This document shows, piece by piece, positions 47,818 through 56,977 of a stretch of 64,000 bases of DNA. The DNA comes from an uncultured Gemmatimonadota bacterium (GTDB lineage: Bacteria > JAAXHH01). The DNA is taken from contig OX638340.1 in the NCBI GenBank assembly GCA_951812955.1, positions 1,280,001-1,344,000 on the forward strand. Direction: 5' to 3'. Numbering within the stretch: position 1 is the first letter of the stretch; each line of letters begins with the position of its first letter. The notes beneath the pieces were generated by a model. It made no database searches. It was not told the DNA's origin and saw only the letters and a program-made list of their open reading frames with translations. Made by a program: the position numbers and the translations under genes.

Positions 47818-48702
47818 ATGAACATCCGCATCGGCAGTGCGCCGGACTCGTGGGGCGTCTGGTTTCCGGACGATCCGAGGCAGACGCCGTGGCAACGTTT
47901 CATGGACGAGGTGGCCGAAGCCGGCTATGAATGGATCGAACTGGGGCCCTACGGCTACCTGCCCGCGGATGTCGACAGGCTGAAAGGGGAATTGGACGGA
48001 CGCAGCCTGAAGGTGACCAGCGCTTTCGCCATGGGGAACCTGGAAGATCCGGGCAGATGGACCGAACTGGAGCAGCAGGTGGAGGGTGCGGGTGAACTGC
48101 TGGCCGCCACCGGCGCCGGCTACCTGGTCCTGATCGACGGAACTTACTCGGACCTCTTCACGGGAGAACTGATCGAGCCCAGGACCCTGGACGACGAAGC
48201 CTGGCGGCGTCTCGTCGACACGACCCACCGCGTAGCCGATCTCGCCCGGGACGCATACGGACTGCAACTCGTTTTCCACCCCCACGCGGAGACCCACGTG
48301 GAATACGAGGAGCAGATCGAACGTTTCCTGGCGGACACCGACCCCGGACGGGTGGCGCTTTGTTTCGACGTGGGACACCACGCCTATCGCGGGGGCGATC
48401 CGGTCGCGTTCCTCGAAAAACACCGCGACCGAATCCCCTACCTTCATCTCAAGAGCGTGGATCCGGAGAAACAACGGAAAGTGGACGAAGAGAACATCCC
48501 CTTTGCCGCGGCGGTGGCCATGGACATGTTCTGCGAACCTTCGGCGGGCGTTGTGGACTTCCCGGCATTGCTTGAATTGCTGAAACGCATCGATTACGAC
48601 GGATACGCCATCGTGGAGCAGGACATGTACCCCGCGCCGTTCGACAAACCCTTTCCTATCGCGAAACGGACGCTGGAGTACCTGCGGGAAATCGGGTTTT
48701 AA
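47818..48702 (+). CDS. iolE: Inosose dehydratase IolE.
   Basis: Matches B. subtilis IolE segments (FDVGHHAYRGGDP.., IPYLHLKSVDPEK, YDGYAIVEQD). AAGGAG SD 7 nt upstream. Confidence 0.7.
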   Translation: MNIRIGSAPDSWGVWFPDDPRQTPWQRFMDEVAEAGYEWIELGPYGYLPADVDRLKGELDGRSLKVTSAFAMGNLEDPGRWTELEQQVEGAGELLAATGAGYLVLIDGTYSDLFTGELIEPRTLDDEAWRRLVDTTHRVADLARDAYGLQLVFHPHAETHVEYEEQIERFLADTDPGRVALCFDVGHHAYRGGDPVAFLEKHRDRIPYLHLKSVDPEKQRKVDEENIPFAAAVAMDMFCEPSAGVVDFPALLELLKRIDYDGYAIVEQDMYPAPFDKPFPIAKRTLEYLREIGF

Positions 48703-48726
48703 AGAAGCGCCAGGACCGCGCATCGA

Positions 48727-49203
48727 TCACTGGGCTCGAGCCTGCCGCCTGCGCATAGCTCCGGGCAGCCAGGTGAACAACGTACCCAGCGTGATGCTCC
48801 AGACCGAACCGGCGAGGAATGTGGCCCCCGCCACCATGCCGCCGTTTAGAATGATCATGAGTGGACCCTGGAAGTTTTCTCTTCTCCCGGAATTCTCTGG
48901 CGAAAACCGTCCGTGATCCAGACCGACAAAGTAGGCCGTCGAATAAGAAATCAGGTTTGGAATGAACCAGACAAGGAAAGCCACTACGAGCAGCGACCCC
49001 GCCACCCGCCTCCAGGCCAGATGGTCCCACCGGCCTTTCCAGCCGTAGTACAGGTACGCCAGGGGCATCAGAATGTAAACGCCGAGGTACATCGACTGGT
49101 CTGGCGCGACGAAATCCAGCAGAAGGCGCGTCGCCGCAACGACCCAGCCGAAGAACACGAGTCCGCGGATGTCCGACCAGAGCGACGGTTGGTCCAATGT
49201 CAT
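48727..49203 (-). CDS. Hypothetical integral membrane protein.
   Basis: 158 aa with 4 predicted TM helices. No recognisable family. Confidence 0.4.
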   Translation of the reverse strand: MTLDQPSLWSDIRGLVFFGWVVAATRLLLDFVAPDQSMYLGVYILMPLAYLYYGWKGRWDHLAWRRVAGSLLVVAFLVWFIPNLISYSTAYFVGLDHGRFSPENSGRRENFQGPLMIILNGGMVAGATFLAGSVWSITLGTLFTWLPGAMRRRQARAQ

Positions 49204-49282
49204 TTAGATTCCTCCCTGAAACAGATTTGAGGGGATGATCAGTACTGAAAGTTTGCGGACCGTTTGTCCGCGAGCCAGCACT

Positions 49283-49912
49283 TCAATACTGGAAATGGGC
49301 CGACCGTTTGTCCGCGAGCCAGCCCTTAAAAGAACGCGCGTCCCGGTCCTTCCCGGAAATGATGGCCTTTCCGGCAGTGACCTTGTCGAAAGCGCGCTTT
49401 AACCCGCTGTCGCACAAGGACCAGTCCAAATCCGGGGCCAGCGGCGAGATACCGGCCTGGTTGCCGGGGCTGTATTCCCCGTCGCACAGGTACTCCAGGA
49501 CGCAGTCGGTCGTGCAGAAGAACCCGTGGGCGAATCCCGGCGGAACCCAGATCCAATCTCCGTGGTCCGCTTCGGGATCCTCTGAGATGTCCCGGGCGAC
49601 GATCCTGCCCAGAGTGGGAGACCCCAGCCGGATATCCAGCGCCAGGTCCACGACGCGTCCGCGGACGGCCCTGACCAGTTTGCCCATATGGGGATTCCAC
49701 TGAAAATGGAGGCCTCGCACCACGCCGGCTCGGGAAAAACTCTCGTTGATCTGTAGAAACCGGACCTCGCGGAGGAAACTGGTCTCCGGGTGATGGACGA
49801 GATCGCCAAGACGGTAGGATTCCGTGAAGTAACCCCGCTCATCGGTGTACCGGCCGAAACGAATGACCTTCAGATCGGGGATCGCAAGGGTCTCCACCGC
49901 ATCGATCTTCAA
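49283..49912 (-). CDS. dTDP-4-dehydrorhamnose 3,5-epimerase-like cupin (RmlC family).
   Basis: RmlC-like core (FGRYTDERGYFTESY..RGLHFQ..KLVRAVRGRVVDLALDIRLGSPTLG..PPGFAHGF). TTG start with AAGGAGG SD 5 nt upstream. Confidence 0.65.
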   Translation of the reverse strand: MKIDAVETLAIPDLKVIRFGRYTDERGYFTESYRLGDLVHHPETSFLREVRFLQINESFSRAGVVRGLHFQWNPHMGKLVRAVRGRVVDLALDIRLGSPTLGRIVARDISEDPEADHGDWIWVPPGFAHGFFCTTDCVLEYLCDGEYSPGNQAGISPLAPDLDWSLCDSGLKRAFDKVTAGKAIISGKDRDARSFKGWLADKRSAHFQY

Positions 49913-50099
49913 CCGGGCCTCCTTTCCTGGACGTTTTACAGGGGAACAAGATAGGGCAAGGCTGAACCTCACAGCAAGGACGAAATAGAAAGGGCGAGGG
50001 CTCAGCGCTTGACAAGACTGGGCCCATTCTGTTGATTCGGGACAATACCCTGAACACCTCCTGGCGACACCTGTTTCGGAAAGAAAGGACACTCGTTTT

Positions 50100-50828
50100 A
50101 TGACAGGAGACTCCGGTCCCACACCGGCGGAACGGAAGCAATGGGAGGACCTTGGATACCTTGTCTTCGAAGAGGCGATCAGCGGAGATGTGCTGGCCCG
50201 TCTACAGCACGCCTTTGACTACTGGGCGGAGGCCTGCAAGGAGGAATGGCTCGGCCGCATTGCCAAGGGTGAGGCCGCGGCGACCTATTACGACATCCCG
50301 AATACCCTGGAGAAGGACGACGTCTTCATCGATATCCTCGACCGGCCGAAGTATTACAGATATATAAAGGCCTTCGCGGGGGACGACGCCATCGTCATCG
50401 GCGAACAGGTGCGGACAGCGCCGGTCTGGACCACAAGCTACACGGGCTGGCATCCCGACGTACCTCCCAGCCACCCGCTGCATATCAAGGTGCAGGTTTA
50501 CGTGAACGACGTAGAGCCCGGCGGGGGGGAATTCGCCTTCGTACCGGGCAGTCACCGGCCTGGCGCGGGGCCCTATCCCCGGGTGAAGAACCTTGCGGCC
50601 ATGCCCGGCCACAAACGGTTTGCAGGCAAGGCGGGCACGGCGATCATGTTCAATTCATACGGCTGGCACGTGGCCATGGAGAACCATACCGAAACGCCGC
50701 GTAAGTCGATTATCCTGATTTACGAAAAACGGACTCCGGACCGCGTCGCCGAGAACGAGAATCGGTTCGCTTCCATCTCACACGCGCTGAACACGCCGGA
50801 ACGCCACCGGCTCTTCGGAATATCCTGA
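50100..50828 (+). CDS. Phytanoyl-CoA dioxygenase (PhyH) family protein.
   Basis: PhyH-like HxD..H arrangement (WHPDV..GSHRPG). Confidence 0.7.
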   Translation: MTGDSGPTPAERKQWEDLGYLVFEEAISGDVLARLQHAFDYWAEACKEEWLGRIAKGEAAATYYDIPNTLEKDDVFIDILDRPKYYRYIKAFAGDDAIVIGEQVRTAPVWTTSYTGWHPDVPPSHPLHIKVQVYVNDVEPGGGEFAFVPGSHRPGAGPYPRVKNLAAMPGHKRFAGKAGTAIMFNSYGWHVAMENHTETPRKSIILIYEKRTPDRVAENENRFASISHALNTPERHRLFGIS

Positions 50829-50846
50829 TTCGAGTCGAGAGGTAAC

Positions 50847-51746
50847 ATGCCGCGCATCGATGCCCATGGTCACGTATTCGCAAAAGTTTCACGCGAATTT
50901 CCGCGGGAAACCGGCGGAAACACGCCGGCGGATCGGGAAGAATCGGTCGAGAAGCTGATGACCTACATGGCCGCAAGCGATATCGGCCAGGCCATGCTCG
51001 TTCAGATGGGTGGCGCGACGGCGGCACATCACGCCTACGTGCTCCACTGCCTCAGGACCTACCCCGACCGCTTCCTCGGCATCGGGCTCATCCCGGAAGA
51101 CCTCGTCGCATCACCAGAGGAGCACATGGACCGCCTGACGGACGGAACGGGCATCGTGGGCTTCCGGCTCGGACTGGTCGGCGGACCCAGGGATCCCTTC
51201 GATGACGTGGACGTACGCACCTTCCTGACCTACCGGATCTGGAAACACGCGGCGGAGAAGGACCTCGTCCTCTGGCTGTACGTACGCGCCGCGGACGCCC
51301 ACCTGATCGCCTATCTCGTCGACGCCTTTCCCCAGGTCCGTGTCGTACTCAACCACCTGGGCATCTGTCCCGGCGAAGGCAAGGGGCGCCACGACCAGTG
51401 GGGCCGGCCGCAGATCGACATTGCGTCATACAACCCGGCGTTTCACACCACCCACCGCCTGAGTACCTACGAGAATGTGACCATGAAACTGTCCGGGCAC
51501 TACGCCTTCAGCAAGAAACCGTACCCCTATGAGGACCTGGCGGGATGGCACAGGGCGGCGCTCAATTCCTTCGGGGCTGACCGGCTCATGTGGGCGACGG
51601 ACTTTCCCTGGATCTACGAGGAACCGGGATACGACAAACTGGTGGACCTCGTGGAAAAACTCACGCCCGATATCATGCCGCACGAATACGAGGCGGTCAT
51701 GGGCGGAACGGCCAGGCGGTTTCTTCGTTTTCCGGACCTGAAATAA
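50847..51746 (+). CDS. Amidohydrolase-2 (ACMSD/TIM-barrel metal-dependent hydrolase) family protein.
   Basis: N-terminal IDAHGHV metal motif, ..VVLNHLG.., and C-terminal ..LMWATDFP.. typical of Amidohydro_2. Confidence 0.7.
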   Translation: MPRIDAHGHVFAKVSREFPRETGGNTPADREESVEKLMTYMAASDIGQAMLVQMGGATAAHHAYVLHCLRTYPDRFLGIGLIPEDLVASPEEHMDRLTDGTGIVGFRLGLVGGPRDPFDDVDVRTFLTYRIWKHAAEKDLVLWLYVRAADAHLIAYLVDAFPQVRVVLNHLGICPGEGKGRHDQWGRPQIDIASYNPAFHTTHRLSTYENVTMKLSGHYAFSKKPYPYEDLAGWHRAALNSFGADRLMWATDFPWIYEEPGYDKLVDLVEKLTPDIMPHEYEAVMGGTARRFLRFPDLK

Positions 51747-51816
51747 TGCATCCCGCATCTGAATGAAGTGATGCATTTCGCATCCGTAAGAGTCTACGCC
51801 CCGATCGGAGACAGAT

Positions 51817-52902
51817 ATGAGCGAAGACCAGCATGGTTTACTGACCAGCGAGCACATCCAGGGCCTGGTTCAACGGATGGGAGAAGCCGCCGTCGATTTT
51901 ACGGCCGTCCTGGCCACGGACCAGCGGACGAAAGCGCTCTTCCCCTTCGAAGACGACGACGCACGCACCTTCTGGGACTACGTGCCCCTGGCGAGAAAAG
52001 GCCTTCCGCTTGGGGAAATGGAACGGGGACAACGGCGCCGGGCACTGCAACTCGTGGCCACGGGGCTGAGTGGTACGGGTTATGCCACTACGACGACCAT
52101 CATGGGCCTGGAAGCGACGCTGGATGCCCGGGAGGGGTGGTCATCGGGCAACTGGCGGGATCCTTCCGACTACTACGTGTCCATATTCGGCACGCCATCG
52201 GACCGTGACCCCTGGGGATGGAAATTCGAGGGACACCACGTTTCCATCAACTATACGATCGCCGGGGGACGGATCGTCGCGCCTACGCCCTTCTTCTTCG
52301 GGGCAAATCCTGCGTCGGCGGCCCTCAACGGGGTAGGATACCTCCGGCCCCTGGGCAACGTGGAAGACCTGGCGCGGGAACTGGTACGCGCCTTGGACGA
52401 GGACCAACGGCACAACGCGCTGATCGCGTCCGTTCCGCCCGGGGACATCGTCACGGTGAATCAGAGGTATATACAGGAGAACAGGGAGAAGCCGGACCGG
52501 CTGGCCCGAACGGAGGTGCCTTACGATTCGGTGCGGTACACGGAGACGCCCCGTGGCCTTTCCGGGGCGGGCATGAATGACGGACAGCGGGAGATACTGG
52601 AGGCCCTCATAGGCGAGTACATTCACCGCATGCCCGACGCCGTTGCCGAGATCGAGTCCGATCTGCTGCGTAGAAACGGCGTGGGCGACGTCCACCTGGC
52701 ATGGGCAGGCGGCCTGGAATCCCGGCAACCCCATTACTACCGCCTGCAGGGCGGACGATTCCTGGTGGAATACGACAACGTCCAGAACGACGCCAACCAC
52801 GTGCACACGGTCTGGCGCAACCCGACGAACGACTTCGGCGCGGATCTGCTCACCCACCATTACCACACCGCGCACAACCACGGCGTGGAACACCGGCACT
52901 GA
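51817..52902 (+). CDS. DUF3500-like protein with His-rich C-terminus.
   Basis: Contains a WKFEGHHVS segment, which I recall as a DUF3500 motif. C-terminal HHYHTAHNHGVEHRH suggests metal binding. Confidence 0.5.
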   Translation: MSEDQHGLLTSEHIQGLVQRMGEAAVDFTAVLATDQRTKALFPFEDDDARTFWDYVPLARKGLPLGEMERGQRRRALQLVATGLSGTGYATTTTIMGLEATLDAREGWSSGNWRDPSDYYVSIFGTPSDRDPWGWKFEGHHVSINYTIAGGRIVAPTPFFFGANPASAALNGVGYLRPLGNVEDLARELVRALDEDQRHNALIASVPPGDIVTVNQRYIQENREKPDRLARTEVPYDSVRYTETPRGLSGAGMNDGQREILEALIGEYIHRMPDAVAEIESDLLRRNGVGDVHLAWAGGLESRQPHYYRLQGGRFLVEYDNVQNDANHVHTVWRNPTNDFGADLLTHHYHTAHNHGVEHRH

Positions 52903-53011
52903 GCGGCCGGCCGCGGCCGGGATGGTATGCTCAGAGATAGGGCGTGCTGCGATCCGGACCGTTAGCGCCGCGCTTCGGAACGACGGCGCCGCGCTTCGGA
53001 ACGACTATGAA

Positions 53012-53959
53012 TCAGTAACCCTTGCGTTTGTCGATGACGCTCACCAGCGGAAGCCCATCCCGGTAACGCCGCAGATTCTCGCAGAACAGGGCCACGCACC
53101 GTCCGTCCCGATTGGGAGATCCTCCGGCCGTATGGGGCGTGATTACCACGTTGTCCATCTTCCACAGCGGGTGGTCTTCGGGTAAAGGTTCCTGTGGTAC
53201 CACGTCCAGACCTGCGCCGCCGATCTGGTTCCCTTCGAGCGCATCCAGCAGAGCCGCCTCGTCGACTATCCTGCCCCTGGTGACGTTGATCAACAACGCG
53301 TGATGCCGCATGCGGGCGAAGGCCGTCCGATCGAACAGCCCCTCGGTTTCCGCCGTCAACGGCGCGCAGATGGCCACGACATCGGACTGTTCCAGGAGCG
53401 CGTGGAACCGATCCATGCCCCAGCAGGCTTCAACTTCGGACGGCACTTCGACGTCCTCCGGATCCACGGCGACGACCCGCATGCCGAAAGCTGCCGCCCG
53501 CCTTGCCAGTTCGCGTCCGGTGCCGCCCAGCCCCACGATCCCCATCGTCCGGTCGACCAGCTCCCACGAGGCATCGCGAATGGGCCAACGGATATTATCC
53601 CAGCCCTGGTTTCGAAGCGCGGTGTGTATACCGCGGGTTAATGCAAGCAACAGCGCCATCCCGTGGTCGGCCAGATGTACACCCACCGTGCCCTTCGCAC
53701 TACACAGTACTACGTCGCTCTCCACCAGTTCGGGATAGAGCAGTCCGTCCACCCCGGCACCCCAGCTCTGGATCCACGCGAGCTTATCCCGACGCGCGAA
53801 AAGGGCACGCGTAATCTCGCCGCAGACTACTTCGATGCCGGGCATGACTTCCGCGGCTTCTTCTTCCGAATCCGTGCGTACCACCTGTACATTCTCGTCA
53901 ACCCGGCGGATTTCATCGACGAGGGGTTCGATCAGATTCATCCTGAGCAAAACGTTCAT
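53012..53959 (-). CDS. D-isomer-specific 2-hydroxyacid dehydrogenase family protein (NAD-binding).
   Basis: GxGxxG (GIVGLGGTGRELARRA), catalytic R/E/H context (LINVTRG..D, HTAG). Confidence 0.85.
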   Translation of the reverse strand: MNVLLRMNLIEPLVDEIRRVDENVQVVRTDSEEEAAEVMPGIEVVCGEITRALFARRDKLAWIQSWGAGVDGLLYPELVESDVVLCSAKGTVGVHLADHGMALLLALTRGIHTALRNQGWDNIRWPIRDASWELVDRTMGIVGLGGTGRELARRAAAFGMRVVAVDPEDVEVPSEVEACWGMDRFHALLEQSDVVAICAPLTAETEGLFDRTAFARMRHHALLINVTRGRIVDEAALLDALEGNQIGGAGLDVVPQEPLPEDHPLWKMDNVVITPHTAGGSPNRDGRCVALFCENLRRYRDGLPLVSVIDKRKGY

Positions 53960-53983
53960 CGTTGTACCTCGAGGTAGACGGAC

Positions 53984-54025
53984 CTAAGGCGCGTTTCTTG
54001 AGGTCTCAGGTGCGTTTCTTGAGAT
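53984..54025. repeat. Two tandem 21-bp units (cYMaggYgcgtttcttgagRt); the second encodes the last 6 codons and stop of the ankyrin gene.
   Basis: Read directly. Confidence 0.6.
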
Positions 54026-55124
54026 AAGCAGCGCCGAGCCGGGCGATTTCTAAGGCGGTTTTTCCGCTTTTGTTCAGCACGGTCCCGTCCGCGCCCTCGG
54101 CGAGCAGGACCTCCGCGGCTTTGGCATGCCCTTCGTACGTGGCCCTGTGTAGGGGTGTGCGGCCCTTTCGATCCTGGGCATCCAGGTCCGCTCCGGCCTG
54201 TGTGAGTAGTTTCACGGAATCCGACCGGCCACTTTCCGCCGCCAGGTGCAAGGGCGTTCGGTGCGCCTTGTTCCGGGCGTCCACCTCGGCGCCATGGTCC
54301 AGCAGCAGCTTAGCGCACTCAACTGAACCTGCCCGGCACGCCCAGTGCAGCGGGGTCATCCCGTAAACGCCAATTTCCCTGGCCATCGCCGGATTTGTGG
54401 ACAAAAGTTCCAGGACCCGGGTTACGTCATTCAGTCCCGCCGCCGCATAGGCGTCGTATACCGCGCCGTCCTCGATCAACAAGCGGGCGACTTCCCGCTT
54501 ACCTTCGTTCCGGCGTGCGTCGTCTCCACCCCACCTGCCAGGCGCCACAGCCTCGTGCAGGGCCGTCTCACCTCGCTCCCCGTTGCCCGTGATAGGCAGT
54601 TCGTGATGCACGGAGGCACCATTGTCGATCAGGAGTCCGGCGACTTCAGGAAACCCGCCCCAGGCGGCCCAGTACATGAGGGAAAGGTTCGCGGGCCAGC
54701 CCGTGTGGGGCTTTGCGATGGACACCGGGGTGGCGTCCGCCGCACCCGCGGCGAAAACGGCTTCAAGGGTGTCCACTGAACCCGCCCAGGCCGCTTCGTG
54801 CAGGACGTTGTAGGAGGTCGTGTCGATGCTTAAAACAATTCCGCGATCGAGGAGAAACGATACCGCCTCTCCACAGCCGCGCATGCCAACGGCTACGGTA
54901 AGCAGGCTGGAACCGATGCGATCGAGAACGGCCGGATGTTTCGCGTGGATTTCCGCCATCATCGGCAGGTCCGGCTGTCCATCCCAACGATCCGATGCCT
55001 GACCGATAGCCGCTTCGATGAAGCGCCCTTCCGCTTGCGTGACGTCCGGCAACTGTTCTTCACGAAGAAACCAGTTTTGTCGGAACAACCGGATTGCGGG
55101 ACTGTCGAGCACCGCGCCTCCCAT
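54006..55124 (-). CDS. Ankyrin-repeat protein (at least 6 ANK repeats).
   Basis: Repeated TPLH..A...G.......LL..GA..(D/N) modules (TPLHWACRAGSVECAKLLLDHGAEVDARNKAHRTPLHLAAESGRSDSVKLLTQAGADLDAQDRKGRTPLHRA). Confidence 0.8.
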   Translation of the reverse strand: MGGAVLDSPAIRLFRQNWFLREEQLPDVTQAEGRFIEAAIGQASDRWDGQPDLPMMAEIHAKHPAVLDRIGSSLLTVAVGMRGCGEAVSFLLDRGIVLSIDTTSYNVLHEAAWAGSVDTLEAVFAAGAADATPVSIAKPHTGWPANLSLMYWAAWGGFPEVAGLLIDNGASVHHELPITGNGERGETALHEAVAPGRWGGDDARRNEGKREVARLLIEDGAVYDAYAAAGLNDVTRVLELLSTNPAMAREIGVYGMTPLHWACRAGSVECAKLLLDHGAEVDARNKAHRTPLHLAAESGRSDSVKLLTQAGADLDAQDRKGRTPLHRATYEGHAKAAEVLLAEGADGTVLNKSGKTALEIARLGAAYLKKRT

Positions 55125-55141
55125 TGGCTCGAGACCAGGCG

Positions 55142-55777
55142 CTATTCGAGCAGATCGGCGCCGCCGTCATCCATTTTCTCGGGCTGGCGCCAGTACCGGT
55201 ACTGCGGGGTCCATTCCGCTTCGCCCAGGCCCGCGAGCCCCAGCAGGTTCCAGTGCGAGCAGTACAGGTCGCCGGGACCGAATACGCAGCTGTTCTTCCG
55301 GAGTACCTGGTCGTCCTTACGTTCGTAGACCACGGCGCCGGGCATGTTCTCCACGCCTTCCATCACCGTCTGCTCCACGATGTAGTCGCCGCCTTCGTGG
55401 GAAGCGAGGCGAAAGCGCCAGTTTCTCGAATTTGCGAAATCACGCTGCAAGGCTGGGGGATCGCCGGAAAGGAGCACGACGGACATGGCGTCCTCGAGAT
55501 GGGCAAGCATGCCGTTGAATCCGTCCGCCCAGAGCGTACAGTATCGGCAGCCCTGTCCCATGTTGTGGATGGCCAGCAGGCGATCGCGGCCGGCGAACAG
55601 GTCGAGCAGGGAGACTTCCCCGGTCAGGGTGGCGAACCGGTAATCGGGAACCGGCCGCGGATCGTTGTCTCGCCGCAACGCATTCAACTTCGCGGTGAGC
55701 TCGTATATCTGCCGTTCGAGGGCGACGATGTCCTGGTCAGCCTGGTCAGCCTGGTCAGCCTGGTCAGACATGCTCAT
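55142..55777 (-). CDS. DUF899 thioredoxin-like domain protein with CxxC.
   Basis: CRYC motif and DUF899-like length and layout. N-terminal (DQA)4 repeat. Confidence 0.55.
   Translation of the reverse strand: MSMSDQADQADQADQDIVALERQIYELTAKLNALRRDNDPRPVPDYRFATLTGEVSLLDLFAGRDRLLAIHNMGQGCRYCTLWADGFNGMLAHLEDAMSVVLLSGDPPALQRDFANSRNWRFRLASHEGGDYIVEQTVMEGVENMPGAVVYERKDDQVLRKNSCVFGPGDLYCSHWNLLGLAGLGEAEWTPQYRYWRQPEKMDDGGADLLE
55732..55767. repeat. Four in-frame copies of a 9-bp unit (cctggtcag on plus; encodes DQA repeats) in the 5' end of the DUF899 gene.
   Basis: Read directly; copy number is a multiple of 3 nt and so phase-neutral. Confidence 0.7.
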
Positions 55778-55831
55778 GCCTTTCGCGAGTCGGAGGGCGT
55801 CTCGATTGCCATCCGGAGTGGTTTACTGTCG

Positions 55832-56872
55832 TCAGAACCGGTCGATGACCGTCACGCCCGTCTGGCTGAAACGGCCCATGGCTTCCAGCTCCGCGCCGGC
55901 TTCTTCGAGGGCGACCGTCCTGCCGACCAGTTTTCCGGGCCGAAGCACGCCGGAGGTGATCATGCGTAGCAGGTCGGCGTACCGGTGGGCCGGCATACCG
56001 TGGCTGCCCACGATTTCGAGTTCTTTCGCGATTACGGCGTTCATCGGGATCGAGACGTCGGCCTCGTCCGCCAGAGTAAGGCCGATCTGCACGTGACGGC
56101 CGCGTTTCCGAAGGCACCGGATGGAGTTTCGGCTGGTAACCTGGCTGCCAAGGGCATCGATCGAGACCAGGGCGCCGCCGCCCGTCATTTCCCGAATCTC
56201 CCTGACTACATCCGGATTCGTCCTGGCATTAACCGTCATGCGTGCGCCGAAATCGCTGGCCAGTTGCAGACGGTCGTCATCGATGTCCACGGCAATCACC
56301 GTGGCCCCCAGGGCCGCCGCGATCATCGTCGCCGACAGGCCCACGCCACCGCATCCGTGGATGGCCACGCAGTCGCCTCCGGTCACCCGGCCCTGGTCCA
56401 CCACGCCGCGGAAAGCCGTCATGAACCGGCATCCCAGGCTCGCCGCTTCTACGAAGTCCAGCTCATCCGGCAAACCCACTAGATTCACGTCGGCGTACGG
56501 CATGGCCACATATTGGGCGAAAGCTCCCCATCCGGAGAATCCAGGCTGGTATTCATCATCACAGATGTGGTGATTGCCGGCCAGGCACTGCGTACAGACG
56601 CCGCATCCGCTACTAAAGGGGACGGTCACCCGGTCCCCGATCTGCCAGTTCCGAACCAGGCCGCCCTTTTCGACAACAACGCCGGCGAATTCGTGGCCCG
56701 GCACGTGGGGCAGCTGGATCGACGTGTCGTGTCCCATCCATCCGTGCCAGTCGCTTCGGCAGATCCCGTTGGCCCGCACCTCGATCACGACACCGTCCGC
56801 CGACGGTACGGGATCGGAGACTTCCCGCACCTCGAGCGACTTTCCGAAGGCGTCCATTACGGCGGCTTTCAT
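55832..56872 (-). CDS. Zinc-dependent alcohol dehydrogenase (MDR superfamily).
   Basis: Catalytic and structural Zn ligands (CRSDWH..GHEFAG; CGVCTQCLAGNHHIC) and Rossmann GCGGVG. Confidence 0.8.
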   Translation of the reverse strand: MKAAVMDAFGKSLEVREVSDPVPSADGVVIEVRANGICRSDWHGWMGHDTSIQLPHVPGHEFAGVVVEKGGLVRNWQIGDRVTVPFSSGCGVCTQCLAGNHHICDDEYQPGFSGWGAFAQYVAMPYADVNLVGLPDELDFVEAASLGCRFMTAFRGVVDQGRVTGGDCVAIHGCGGVGLSATMIAAALGATVIAVDIDDDRLQLASDFGARMTVNARTNPDVVREIREMTGGGALVSIDALGSQVTSRNSIRCLRKRGRHVQIGLTLADEADVSIPMNAVIAKELEIVGSHGMPAHRYADLLRMITSGVLRPGKLVGRTVALEEAGAELEAMGRFSQTGVTVIDRF

Positions 56873-56977
56873 CAGGCTATCCAAAGGTTTGGCGGGAGCT
56901 TCGGTGACCACGGGGCTACCGGACACGCCCGCCTCGTGATCCGGGGATTGGCCATGAAACCTGAATGACAGGGGATC

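Noticed and set aside
4546-54025. Tandem repeat loci as possible CRISPR arrays.
   Set aside because: Units are directly adjacent with no unique spacers, degenerate between copies, only 2-5 copies, and no cas genes nearby.
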